Shown here: one piece after another, positions 1-12,153 of the stretch
How the letters are laid out: each line of letters begins with the position of its first letter
Numbering within the stretch: position 1 is the stretch's first letter
Source: Octopus vulgaris
Lineage: Eukaryota
DNA: 62,000 bases
Assembly: GCA_951406725.2 (NCBI GenBank)
Contig: OX597826.1
Coordinates: 60,222,001-60,284,000, forward strand
Reading direction: 5' to 3'
Position numbers and translations under genes: made by a program
The notes under the pieces: model-generated
Database searches by the model: none
Told to the model about the DNA's origin: nothing
What the model saw: only the letters and a program-made list of their open reading frames with translations

Positions 1-133
1 CAGCACATCTCCCTCCCCCCATACACACACACTTACTAAACATAGACAAACGTAAATAAAGACATATACAATAGGAATACAAAATGTCTGATCATTAGTA
101 AGGTAAGACACAAAAAAGAAAGAAGAAAGCAAA

Positions 134-178
134 GGACCACTGATGAGGTAACAGAAGTGTGACGAAAGAACTCTGGCC
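134..178 (+). ncRNA. Type I hammerhead ribozyme-like motif (family 3), canonical core
   Basis: GGACCA-CTGATGA(140-146)-G-GTAAC/AGAAGT/GTGAC-GAAA(164-167)-G AA CT-C(173)-TGGCC. Stem I CCA/TGG, stem II 5 bp with one A.G mismatch, 2-bp stem III, CUC cleavage triplet. Confidence 0.55.
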
Positions 179-1254
179 GAAATACGATTAATTCAAAAAT
201 AAAACTGAAGCAAATAAACACCAAATATATAGTGCGTGTGTTCTTATTGGCTAAACTGGCAACGTGACTATACCCAAATACAACAATATATATATATATT
301 ATACACACACACACATATATATGTATGTATATACACATATATATGGAGGTGTGTATGGATATGTACACACACACACGCACATATAAATAACGCATATATT
401 ATATATGTATGTGTGCGTGTGCACATATATAAATTATATCTTTTGTATGTATGAATGTATGTATGTATGTATGTTTGCACGTATGTATACATGTATGTTT
501 GGTTACATGACTGCATATAGGTATATGTGTATGATTGTAACCTGACATACTTATGGACCACTGCACTGAAATATTAAAGTGTTTAAACCTATAGACGCAA
601 TCATAAAGCTAACAAATATGAACTATCTTACATATAATCATACACCCACACACCCAGGTATACATATCACACATATACGTACAGCTGTGTGTCTGAGTCT
701 GTGTATTATGTGAGCATATGTATTATGTATGTCTGTATCTCCGTGTGTTTCTTGGCGAGGAATATCTTGGAAATTGAAAACAGTTTCTTTCACTTTCATT
801 TTTATTGTAGCCAAAAAAAAAAAAGAAATAATAAATAACAAAAGAAAATAAATACAGGAAATGAAGTGTTTTATTATCGAACAGATATAACATAGAATAG
901 AAAAATAAGAAAATTTACACAGACGAATGAATAAAATTATAAAAGAATGAAAAGTATAACGGAATGAATGAATATATGAAGTAAAACTGTAAATATAAAA
1001 TCTTTAAGTCTTTTACGAAATTAAAATAAGGATGTATGAAGTGTCCAGTTTGATGATGCTTGGAACACTTTAGAAGCAGTTTAATACACTGGTAGAATCC
1101 ATCTTGAAGTACTAATTAAGACTATCGTGGCGATGGGAAGAAATAGAGAATAAATAAATGAAAAAAAATTGCGATTTTAATTCAGGTTTTTAATTAAATG
1201 CGAACAAATATGATGATTATAGGAGTGGAGAGGAATAATAGTGAAGATGATAAA

Positions 1255-1656
1255 AATAATAATAATAATAATGATAATAATGATAATAATAATAATTATA
1301 AGAAGAAGAAGAAGTGGAGAAGAAGAAGAAGAAGAAGAAGAATTAGAAGAAGAAGAATTAGAAGAAGAATGACAACAACAACAAAAACAACAAGGAGAAG
1401 AAGAAGATGAAGAAAGTGAAGGAAAAGAAGAAGAAGAAGTAGAAGATGTAGAAGACGAAGAAGAAGTAAAAGATGAAGAAGAAGAAGTAAAAGATGAAGA
1501 AGAAGAAGAAGAAGAAGAAGAAGAAGAAGAAGAAGAACAAGAAGAAGATGAGCAAGAAGGAGAAATAGGAGGCAAGAACAGAAAACAAGATGAGGAATAT
1601 AACAAATAAAATTGTTTTTGTTGATGTTGATGTTATTATTATTATTATTATAATTA

Positions 1657-1730
<74 letters not shown>

Positions 1731-1747
1731 AATAATAATAATAATAT
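1255..1747. repeat. Compound (AAT)n/(GAA)n/(ATT)n microsatellite
   Basis: Direct reading of the trinucleotide tracts. Confidence 0.95.
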
Positions 1748-2244
1748 TACTGAAGCAACAGCAATGGTACTATTAATTTTATAGAAAATTCAACGTCAGA
1801 AATTGAAGTAGGAAGGTGTATTATTACTAGTAGCTGCGTCAAATTGTATATATCTGTTGAGCATGTGGCTACTATATACATGTGAGTCATTGCGCATGAA
1901 TATAAGAATAACATATGTGGTTAATATTTTCACCACGCAACCTGGGGACCTTGGGTTCTATTTCAATATTCGCACTTCGATCAAGCATTCCTACCGTAGT
2001 CCTTATTTACCTTTCATTCCATATTTTGGTGTTCCTTAATGAACCGACGTGGCTCAGTTCGAACTATCTAAAAACGCGCGTAGGATCTTTAATATAAACT
2101 TGATTTCATCCATGTTTCTCCCACATTTGCTCAGTAGCTGGTAATTGGTAATACTACACAATATAATGTGTAATATAATGGTTTATTAACAACTATGCAG
2201 AAAGCAGCTGGGAGTAAGAAATATATATATATATATATTTCTAG

Positions 2245-2450
2245 CATATGGGTGTCCAGATAGTGGTTTCCCTATTATATAAAAAATACAAAATGGGACA
2301 AGAACGCAAAACATCCAAACAGTTAGGTGACACAAAAAAGCGCGAAACAAAACATTCAGATAGAAGATACAAAGAAAATAAGGATGGGTCATTCGGAGTT
2401 TTCTTTCCTCAGTCGAGTTCCAGATTTATCTTTGCAATTTCGGCTGGTTT
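2245..2450 (-). repeat. Interspersed repeat shared with 29440-29720 (possible Penelope-like terminal sequence)
   Basis: The reverse complement matches 29590-29715 (CAGCCGAAATTGC...GACTGARGA...CGAATG...TTTGTATTTT); both copies sit next to (TA)n. Confidence 0.55.
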
Positions 2451-2502
2451 TGCCCTATGTGGCAAGGCCAACACTTTGTATTACAGGTATCATACATTTT
2501 TA

Positions 2503-2603
2503 CCAGCTTATTGAACAGGAGCAAAATGAAACAACTTGCCTTGCTCAACGGAATTGAACTCCCGACCTTACTTTCGGAAACTGAATATCGTAACCACTTA
2601 CCC
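2503..2603 (-). mobile_element. tRNA-derived SINE head fragment
   Basis: The reverse complement has A-box-like GTAAGTGG and B-box-like GAGTTCAATTCC, followed by TTGAGCAAGGCAAGTTGTTTCATTTTGCTCC, which resembles the body of the 31321 SINE. Confidence 0.55.
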
Positions 2604-2628
2604 AAGTATGCATGTTAATACATACATA

Positions 2629-2693
<65 letters not shown>

Positions 2694-3984
2694 ATGCCAC
2701 TCTCTCTCTATTTCTGTTGACACACACACACGCATATATATACATATATATATAGAGAGAGAGAGAGACAGAAAGAGAGATAGATAGATAGATAGAGATA
2801 TATAGATATAAATATGAAGTTATATATTAGGACCAGAAAATATATGATATTTTAGGACTTTCTATAGAGAACAAAATCTTTTCAGAATCATAATAAGGGG
2901 AAGGAGGATGGGTATATTCGTGGTAGACATTGTGAGAATAACACGTGACGGAAAACTGAAACCAGCAAAAATCACAAGAGGAATCTCGTTTTTCGATACA
3001 TAAAGGGGATACTAATTAAATTGAAGAACAGAATAGCTTTTTAGACATTTCAGGACGTCATACTAAGTTCTAATGGGCTGGATGCGCGTAAAATGTACGT
3101 GTCTAAGCATGGATGTATAAATACATACATACATACATACATACACACACATATATATGCACACACACGCACACACACACACCCATATATATACACGCAT
3201 ATATAAATTTATATATGTACGGATATATCCATATACAAGTTTGTGTATATGGATATGAGTATATCTACATGATGTATGTAAATACATATATAATACATGT
3301 ATAACTTTATATACATACTCAAGCGTGCACATATATATACGTATGTATGTATGTATTTATATATATACGTATGTATGTATGTATTTATATATGTATGTAC
3401 GTACGTATGTATGTATGTATGTATGTATGTATGTATGTATGTATGTATGTATAAGCCATACACGTTCACACAAGTCCAATTTCATGCAAGCATTATGAGT
3501 TTCGTGTAAATGTAACTGTTCCACTGTCACCGATAAGTATTCAATTGTTCCAACAGCTGAACTGATTTTTCATTCAATTATTGTGCAGGTGGCCGAATGT
3601 TTCATAGACACGTTCGAATTTGTTATAACTGCGAAAAACAAAAAAATATCAACTCAACAAAGTGTGTAACAATATAAGATCTGTAAATGACAGTAACAGT
3701 ATTCAAAGGCCTAAAACTTGGTGGATCAAATCATGGTAGACGACGTTTGTCCAATGTTCCGGGCAGTCGATCTGAAATCGGAACCTCTTGATTATAGGCC
3801 TGCGTTCACATAAATGTTGTTACATACACGGTATTCAAAAAATGACTGGTTATATGGAACCCCCGACTATTATGCATCCGAAATCCTTTTTTAACTTATT
3901 ATACTAGTTCGTATTATTTGTAATCAAATCTATTTTGCTTTCCTCCTGTTATAAATAGGTATATGTGTGTATGTATGTATATTA

Positions 3985-4119
<135 letters not shown>

Positions 4120-4309
4120 CTATATATACATATATATATATCGAAATAGTTTGATTCAAATTAGTTGGTACTCTTGAGTTTCAACGGATACCAACACATT
4201 TGAATCAAACTGTTTCGATCCATACACGTAATTCCGAATAAGTTAGTTGAGTGCTCTTTTTTTTGTTTTCCCGCACACTCGTATATATATGTATATTTAT
4301 ACTTTGGTA

Positions 4310-4462
4310 CTCTAGGCACAAGACCCGAAGTTTTGGGAGAGTTGGCGAGCCAATTACATCAACTGGTACTTTATTAATTCACCCCGAAAAGATGAAAGAC
4401 AAAGTCGACCTCGGCGAAATTTCAACTCAGACAGACGAAATTTCGCCCGGCCTGTTAACGTT
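4310..4462 (-). mobile_element. Degenerate SINE-B copy
   Basis: Shares ACTGGTACTT...CCCGAAA.GATGAAAG.CAAAGTCG.CCTC.GCG.AATTT.AACTCAG and TTTCGCCCGGC with 61775-62000. Confidence 0.7.
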
Positions 4463-5289
4463 TGAGTGTGTGTGTGTGTGTGTGTGTGTGTATACATAAT
4501 AAAATGAATCGTTTATACATGGTAATTTACTTGTAATGTGCGATCGTTTTTTAGGTGTTCGCTACGTTTATGGTAAATGATAGACTGAAGAAACGAGAAT
4601 TCTTATTAATCCCGACAATAGTTTCGACACATCTAGATTCGATCCCACACGGGTGAGATGTTTAACAATTGGTTCAGGAGCATCAAGCAGTGTAGATATG
4701 TCTCTTCGGATGATAAACTTGTTAAAATAAGAGTTCTGCAGTGTATCCTCTCATTTCGTGTAAAGAAATGCAGCAAATTAAAAAAATATATCTTCATTGG
4801 TATGCAAAGATGCAAAGAAGAAACGAACACACGGGTCAGCGAGAAAAGTACCAAAGATAACCGATGACGGATATAGATGTATAAATTCCCTCGTGCAAGC
4901 TGCATGGCGCATGTACATTCGCCCATAAAAACATCCAAGAAGAAGTAAGCATATGCACACGTGTGACTTGGTTCACACACGTTCACACACCGAGTTAAAT
5001 AGCTACTTGGTGTTTATAAGGATGGGTATGAAGATACATTCCAGACCTGTTATTTTTACGAGACAAATCTATTTTATTTCATAATATTTGCCATAAGGCA
5101 ATACATAGATGGGACGGACAAGGACAGACAAACATAAAATGGGTGAAGTAGCTGTCAACGATTAAAATTTAACAATGATTATCATGCAGATAAGATTAAA
5201 ATTGAATACATTGCTAAAAGCAATGTTTAACACGAAGGAAAGACATCCTACACCAGAGTAGAACCTTTGCATTATTTCCGTGGCTCCGC

Positions 5290-5740
5290 TCACTTGGTGC
5301 CAATTCCTCCTAGCTTTCTCTCCACAAGCTTCCATCTTTCTCTGAATTTTTCACCTGACGGGTACCTCTTCTCCAGTCTGATCTTACTGCTGAGGTGGTA
5401 ACTAAAAAAGTTGACCAAAAGTTGATACAAAGGTACCCGTCACAATCCCTTTCAACCGCGTCTTCCATACTGTTTTTTCATCATGGCCACCACGCAGAAA
5501 AAAACAGGCTTTCCTCTCCCCGCTAAGGGAAGGAGGTGGCACAATCACGATGATGGACTCAGCTGAGAGTTGTACTCTTCCCATCGATGACAACAGTTGT
5601 TCTTTAAAAACTATGAGTCTCAATAATTCTGGACATTCCACGAATGCGTGCAAGACGGTTTCTCTATCACGAGTTATATCTATTTATCGACCGAAGAGAC
5701 ACATCTGCACCGTCGGATTCTCCTGAACCATTTGTTAAGT
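5290..5740 (-). mobile_element. Tx1/L1-like LINE ORF2 C-terminal fragment (pseudogenised)
   Basis: The minus strand encodes ETVLHAFVECP, resembling the end of the L1/Tx1 CCHC knuckle (E-T-x-x-H-x-F-x-x-C-P), then VWKTRLKG. It is interrupted by stops and frameshifts. Confidence 0.55.
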
Positions 5741-7137
5741 ATCCCACCAGTGAGGGATCGATACTGGATGTGTCGAAACGACTGTCGTGATTAATAACAA
5801 TTCTCGCTTCTTCTATCTTTCGTCTTTCATTCACCATATACTATATATATGAGTGTGAGTGTGTGTCTGTGTGTGTGTATGTGTGTGTGCACAATATGGA
5901 GCACACATACACAAGGTATATGTTTCGTCAGATCATGGGCAGGGAGAGGCAACGAACGTAAGAAAATATATTCTCATCAATTCACTTGGTGTTATATACA
6001 TATAATCAAAGGTGTTGGAAATGCACTGGGATATGTTAAGATTTTTAATTCTAAGTTTTTAAAGATGTAAGTGGTTTCTCTGATTTTCAAAATTTTAGAC
6101 AGAAAGACGTGGAGCTGTACTGCAGACACACGCACGTTTAAACACACGCACACACATGAACACACACACACCCGCACACACACACAAACACATACTTCAT
6201 AGATTTAAAACATATCCGTTCGCGATTTTATGTTCTTTCTCTCTCGTTTTAATTTTTCTTTTTACACTTTTTGTGAAGATTAAAAGACAGAGCTACGTGA
6301 AAAGCACCACATATTTGTCTACTCCCTACTGAGGAACTTTTGTGGAATTTTTCAGAGTTTCCCTTAGAAATATCTATTTCTCTTTGCAACCAATTATATA
6401 TTGCCATGGCTCTTTTATTGCTAGCCATGCAGAGTCAATTATGATGTAAAGAAATTCCGTGTTAGATTCGAGTCTATTTATTTGATGTTTACATAAACTA
6501 TTCTACATAGTAAGATAAATAAAGAGGATATAGACTACACACATTGATTCGTTTTGTTTTGTTTCTTACTAACTATAAATTCCTACCATTTGCACTGAAG
6601 AAAGAATTGTGAACTGTGTAACCCTTACTTATTTCAAATGTGTTACTCTAACCTAAGATTGTTTCAAATTTAAGATGCATCGTTCTTTCGTCGCACCAAG
6701 AACTTAACTCTCGTTCTGAAATTCTTTCGAAAAGTTGTTTTTATACATTAAAATATATTTTCATCTTGATCGTGAACTCTACAGCATTTCTTGTATGTTC
6801 TGGTAATTTAATCTCGTTTCAAGATTCCTATACGGACTCGATGAGGACTAATCCCCTTGTTTACCTCATATCTCGGATCCCATTTCCCGCTTTGGCATTT
6901 TCGTTAACTGCTTTGTAACATAGACTTGCATCGAATGAAACCTTTGGATTTATATACTGAAGTTTAAAAACGTAAACAGTTTTGACTTACACATATGTAT
7001 AGGGATACACGTACATATAGGCGTACATACATACCTATATATATATATATATTCTTCTTTTTCCTATTGTCGTTTCTTCCTACTCTGGTTGTTATAGATC
7101 GCTAGCCACTATACATTCTTTATTTTCTCTCCTTGCT

Positions 7138-7175
7138 TCTTTCTGTGGAAGAGCGTAGGCTCGAAACATTAAAGA
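7138..7175 (+). ncRNA. Hammerhead-like motif, family 1 copy 1
   Basis: TCTTT-CTGTGGA-A-GAGC/GTAG/GCTC-GAA-ACAT-T-AAAGA. Stem I is 5 bp and stem II 4 bp; the stem III palindrome is mutated from ACGT to ACAT. Confidence 0.6.
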
Positions 7176-7633
7176 CTTTTTCATTTCCCGAGCGCTAAAC
7201 TAATACATCTGTTTGCTGTCTACACCAGCTCTCTTCGTATTTTGATATTTTAAATGAATTCTCCCCGTATATTACACGCTCACGTGTTCGCGCCAGTTGA
7301 TCCTGTCTCCTCTCATTACTCAACGAAATATTACATCTTCTACACTGGGCTATTCTACCTGGATTCCCTACCTGGACTTTCTACTCTCATACACTTCAGC
7401 TATACCTCTCCTGCCCATGGATTACACTAGACTCTCTGTTGATGAAAAATCGCTCCAATACACCACAACGTTCGAAGCTTTTGAATCTTTTGAACTTTAC
7501 TTAACTTTTTTGTACTTTCTAAACTTTTTTTGCACCTTCTGCTTTTTCCTATAGTCGTTTCGTCCTACTGTGTTTATTATAGATCGCTAGCCACTACGCG
7601 TTCTTTATTTTCTCTTCTTGTTTCTTTCTATGT

Positions 7634-7671
7634 TCCTTTGTGTGGAAGAGCGTAGGCTCGAACATTAAGGA
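7634..7671 (+). ncRNA. Hammerhead-like motif, family 1 copy 2 (degenerate)
   Basis: TCCTTT-GTGTGGA-A-GAGCGTAGGCTC-GAAC-ATT-AAGGA; C3 is changed to G and one A of GAAAC is lost. Confidence 0.45.
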
Positions 7672-7774
7672 CTTCTCTTTTCCCGAGCGTTAAACTAATA
7701 CATATGAGTGATATCTATACCACGTGTCTTCGTCCTTTGTTGTTTTTTTTTGTGAATTTTCCCTATATATATAC

Positions 7775-7825
<51 letters not shown>

Positions 7826-7862
7826 TAGACAGATAGATAGATAGACAGATATATAGATAGAT

Positions 7863-7920
<58 letters not shown>

Positions 7921-7924
7921 TATG

Positions 7925-8116
7925 TCACCATGATAGATCGTTAGCCACTACACACATTTTTTTCTCTCCTTGTTTCTTCTGTGTCCCTTTCTGTAGAAGA
8001 GCATAGGCTCGAAACGTAAAATACTTTTTCTATTCCTGAGCGTTATACTAATACATCTGTTTGCTTTATACACCGCCTGTCTTCGTTTTTTGTTGTTTTT
8101 TTTCGTAAACTCTCCC
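7925..8116 (+). mobile_element. Third copy of the family 1 terminal repeat, with hammerhead-like motif at 7988-8021
   Basis: TTT-CTGTAGA-A-GAGC/ATAG/GCTC-GAA-ACGT-A-AAA. The repeat ends in CTCTCCC followed by (TA)n. Confidence 0.65.
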
Positions 8117-8689
8117 TATATATATATATATATATATAGATTGCAGAGCATGCATCTATCAATGCAAAAAACTTCATAGCATGATAAATATGTCGAAGCA
8201 ACAAACACGTAGTAGTATAGACGTTGCTGGATAAGACGGAACACGTTTCTTTGATACTTTTATGTCTCACAAACTATCTTTTACTAACGCACTCTATCAT
8301 TATTGCACACATTTCGTAATATTTTTCTACTTTGGTACAAGATAAAACTTTCATTTTCACAGTTATTTTGTAGCTTGCTTGTAGAAAAATTATGTAGTAA
8401 ATATTAGTGCTTAACTTTGAGCAATGTTATTAACTGAGATGCATGAACAGAACAAAGTGAAATGAAACAAAACTGCAAAGGTAAATAAAATCTACGCCGT
8501 ATTTATTCAGTTTATTAGTATTTCTTTTTTTTCTCAACGTTCCATATGATTTGTGCAAAGTAGCCAGAAGGGAAGTGAGGGATGTTTCAGTAATCAGTCT
8601 CAAGGATGAAACGTTGGAAATGGACTCTTAACATTTTTTATTATAATCTTAAGATAATGATATACTGATTAGTGTAACGTAGGAAGAAA

Positions 8690-8777
8690 CATCGTAGCAG
8701 AAGCAACAGACTTAACAACGACAGCAGCAGCGACAGCAACAGCAGCAGCAGTAGCAGCAGTAGCAGCAGCAGTAGTG

Positions 8778-8824
<47 letters not shown>

Positions 8825-9152
8825 GGTGGTGGTGGTGGTGGTGGTGGTGGTGGTGGTGGCGGTGGTGCTAGTGGTGGTGCTAGTGGTGCTAGTGGTGGTG
8901 GTGGTGGTGGTGGTGCTAGTGGTGGTGATGGTGCTAGTGGTGGTGATGATGGTGGTGGTGGATTTGGTGGTGGTGGTGCTAGTGGTGGTGTGATGGTGGT
9001 GGTGGTGGATTTGGTGGTGGTGGTGGCTATGGTGGTGGTGGTGGTGGTGATGGTGGTGATGATGGCGGTGATAGTGGTGGTGGTGGTAGTAGTAGTAGTA
9101 GTGGAAGCAGCAGCAGCAGCAGCAGCAGTGGTAGTAGTAGTAGTAGTAGTAG
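8690..9152. repeat. Compound (AGC)/(AGT)/(GGT) microsatellite
   Basis: Direct reading. Confidence 0.95.
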
Positions 9153-9660
9153 TGTTTTTGTCAATATCATCTTTCATCAAGTTCATCTATGATGGAATGT
9201 ATACCAGTGAAGAAACTGATGTGTTATTGATACGTAACGTATCTAGGATTACTCTTCAATGTACACACCCTACTTTTAAGATCTCAAAAATGTGATTTAG
9301 GAGAAAAGTTGATGCTTAGGCTTACAGGTTTATGCGGCTGATAAAAATTAGTATGGCGAGGGAAATGTTAATAATTAACCCCGATTATGCAATCGAATTT
9401 ATTTTTACATTAGCAACTCGTTATTTATTCACTTCAGGCTTATACATTTAATTACCAGAATGAATTAAACTTACTTCAGATTCTTAGATTAAAACTGAGC
9501 GCATCAGCCAATTTTAGAGTAAGACGCTTTGGTCAGTTTCGATGTCTATGACAAGATATGAGTCGGTGTCACTTCCGACTCTTCTTTGACTCGTATTTTC
9601 CTCCTTATTCTTTTCCATTTTTCCATATCTTTCATTCTATTTAAATGTTTGTTTTAGTTA

Positions 9661-9881
9661 TACTCTTACTCACTTTTACTTGTTTCAGTCATTTGACTGC
9701 GGCCATGCTGGAGCACCGCCTTTAGTCGAGCAAATCGACTCCGGGACTTATTCTTTGTAAGCCCCGGGACTTATTCTATCGGTCTCTTTTGCCGAACCGC
9801 TAAGTGACGGGGACGTAAACACACCAGCATCGGTTGTCAAACACAGACACACATACAGCGGGGACAAACACAGACACACAA

Positions 9882-9912
<31 letters not shown>

Positions 9913-10087
9913 CACACATATATACGACAGGCTTCTTTCAATTTCCGTCTACGAAATCCACTCAGAAGGCATTGGTCGGCCCGGGGCTATAGCAGAAGAC
10001 ACTTGCCCAAGATGCCACGCAGTGGGACTGAACCCAGACCATGTGGTTGGTTAGCAAGCTACTTACCACACAGCCACTCCTGCGCCT
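9661..10087 (-). mobile_element. SINE-A, full length (tRNA head, CORE-like CTTGGGCAAGT, internal microsatellite, second module, TAAAAGAG tail)
   Basis: High similarity by eye to about ten other copies in the window; Pol III A/B-box-like motifs (GTGTGGTAAG, GGGTTCAGTCC). Confidence 0.9.
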
Positions 10088-10502
10088 ATTATCTTAATTT
10101 CTGTTTGTTTGTTTGTTTTTTATTTTCATCATTTTTTATTCATTTAAAGTCTACGGGATACTCAACCAAATTTATTTAGAAAACAACTCTATTTCAGTAT
10201 GCAAATCTTTATGGTTTCCTAATATTACACTTCATACATTTTTCTGATTTTTTATTCTCTTGATCTTTTAATCATATTGGATCAAATATTGTTCTTCCTC
10301 TGAATTTTATTGACCAGCTGTCATCGCTTGTTAAAAAGAAGTCATATATGGTAACCTGCAGTATTGTGTTAACATTAAATGTTTACAATATATGAGACTG
10401 ACTGCTATCTTTAGTGAGGCCATAGGCCTCACTAAAGATAGTCAGTTTTAACTTATCATGAAGCGTTTGGAAGACAATATGTTGAATTAAAGCACACTTA
10501 CA

Positions 10503-10950
10503 TACTCTTTTTACTCTTTACTCTTTTACTTGTTTCAGTCATTCGACTGCGGCCATGCTGGAGCACCGCCTTTAGTCGAGCAAATCGACCCCGGGACTTA
10601 TTTTTTGTAAGCCAAGTACTTATTCTATCGGTCTCTTTTGCCGAACCGCTAAGTGACGGGGACGTAAACACACCAGCATCGGTTGTCAAGCAATGCTAGG
10701 GGGACAAACACAGACACACAGAGACATGTGGTTGGTTAGCAAGCTATTTACCACACAGCCACTTATATATATATATATACATATATACGACAGGCTTCTT
10801 TCAGTTTCCGTCTACCAAACCCACTCACAAGGCATTGGTCGGCTCGGGGCTATAGCAGAAGACACTTGCCCAAGATGCCACGCAGTGGGACTGAACCCGG
10901 AACCATGTGGTTGGTTAGCAAGCTACTTACCACACAGCCACTCCTGCGCC
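10503..10950 (-). mobile_element. SINE-A full length, with an extra internal duplicate of the head terminus (10725-10763)
   Basis: Similarity to 9661-10087. Confidence 0.9.
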
Positions 10951-10964
10951 ATATATATTTTTTA

Positions 10965-11219
10965 TTACTCTGTTATTGTTTTAAATGTTTCAGTCATTTG
11001 ACTGCAGCTATGGTGGATCACCGCCTTTTAGTCGAAGAAATCCACCCCAAGACTTATTTTTTGTAAGCTCGGTACTTGTTCTATCGGTCTCTTTTCCCGA
11101 ACCGCTAAGTTACGAGGATGCAAACACACTAACATCGGTTGTCAAGCGATGGGTGAGGGAGAAGAAACGTAGACAGAAAGACATACGTAAATACACACAC
11201 ATATACGCACGCACACACA

Positions 11220-11302
<83 letters not shown>

Positions 11303-11440
11303 GACGAGCTTCTCAGTTTCCGTCTACCAAATTCATTGACAAGGCTTTGGTCGCCCCGACGCTATGGTAGAAGACACTTGTCCCCTGAACCACAGAACCA
11401 TGTGGTTGGGAAGCAAGCTTCTTACCACACAGCTAACCCT
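10965..11440 (-). mobile_element. SINE-A, more diverged copy
   Basis: Similarity to neighbouring copies. Confidence 0.85.
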
Positions 11441-11441
11441 A

Positions 11442-11506
<65 letters not shown>

Positions 11507-11765
11507 ATGACAGACAGACATACAGAGACAGAGAAAGAGAGCGGGAGGGAAAGAGAAGGAGAGAACAGCGTAAAAGGTAGGAATTGAAATCATTTCAATT
11601 TCATAACAACCGGTTATGAGGTAAGTACGAATGTAGCATAGGAAAAATGCGTAGGTGTACGATAAAAGGAGGTGAGAGGCATCCTAAGTTTCAGTCAACG
11701 GCTTGTTGACTTCCCTTGTTTTAACCCTGTGGTGGTTCTTTTTCTCATTCAATACCATAGATCAT

Positions 11766-12153
11766 CATTGTGGAGGCGCAATGGCACAGTGGTTAGGGCA
11801 GCGGACTCGCGGTCGTAGGATCGCGGTTTCGATTTCCAGACCGGGCGTTGTGAGTGTTTATTGAGCGAAAACACCTAAAAGCTCCACGAGGCTCCGGCAG
11901 GGGATGGTGGTGATCCCTGCTGCACTCTTTCACCACAACTTTCTCTCACTCTTTCTCCCTGTTTCTGTTGTACCTGTATTTCAAAGGGCCGGCCATGTCA
12001 CTCTCTGTGTCACGCTGAATATCCCCGAGAACTACGTTAAGGGTACACGTGTCTGTGGAGTGCTCAGTCACTTACACGTTAATTTCACGAGCAGGCTGTT
12101 CCGTTGGTCGGATCAACCGGAACCCTCATCGTCGTAACCGACGGAGTGCTTCC
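11766..12153 (+). mobile_element. SINE-C (head H1 + tail X) with a 12-bp target-site duplication
   Basis: A box TGGCACAGTGG and B-box-like GGTTTCGATTTCC; ACCATAGATCAT at 11754-11765 and 12154-12165. Confidence 0.9.

Larger units (their letters stand above)
7053..7763 (+). mobile_element. Non-autonomous Penelope-like/retrozyme-like element: hammerhead-bearing repeat, ~260-bp core, second hammerhead-bearing repeat
   Basis: Direct repeats at ~7053-7266 and ~7537-7763 flank a core starting CACGTG at 7281. The core plus repeat recurs on the minus strand at 17148-17631. No coding capacity recognised. Confidence 0.65.

Noticed and set aside
4581-4636. TAGA-CTGAAGA...GTTTCGACACATCTA as a hammerhead
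   Set aside because: GAAA is GACA, and there is no room for an NUH triplet before the stem I partner.
8641-9186. 181-aa Thr/Pro/Leu-rich ORF resembling a mucin or extensin
   Set aside because: Entirely within a compound trinucleotide microsatellite, with no splice or homology support.
11770-11840. tRNA gene (also the other tRNA-like heads)
   Set aside because: A/B boxes are present, but the sequence runs into SINE bodies and lacks a complete cloverleaf acceptor stem.
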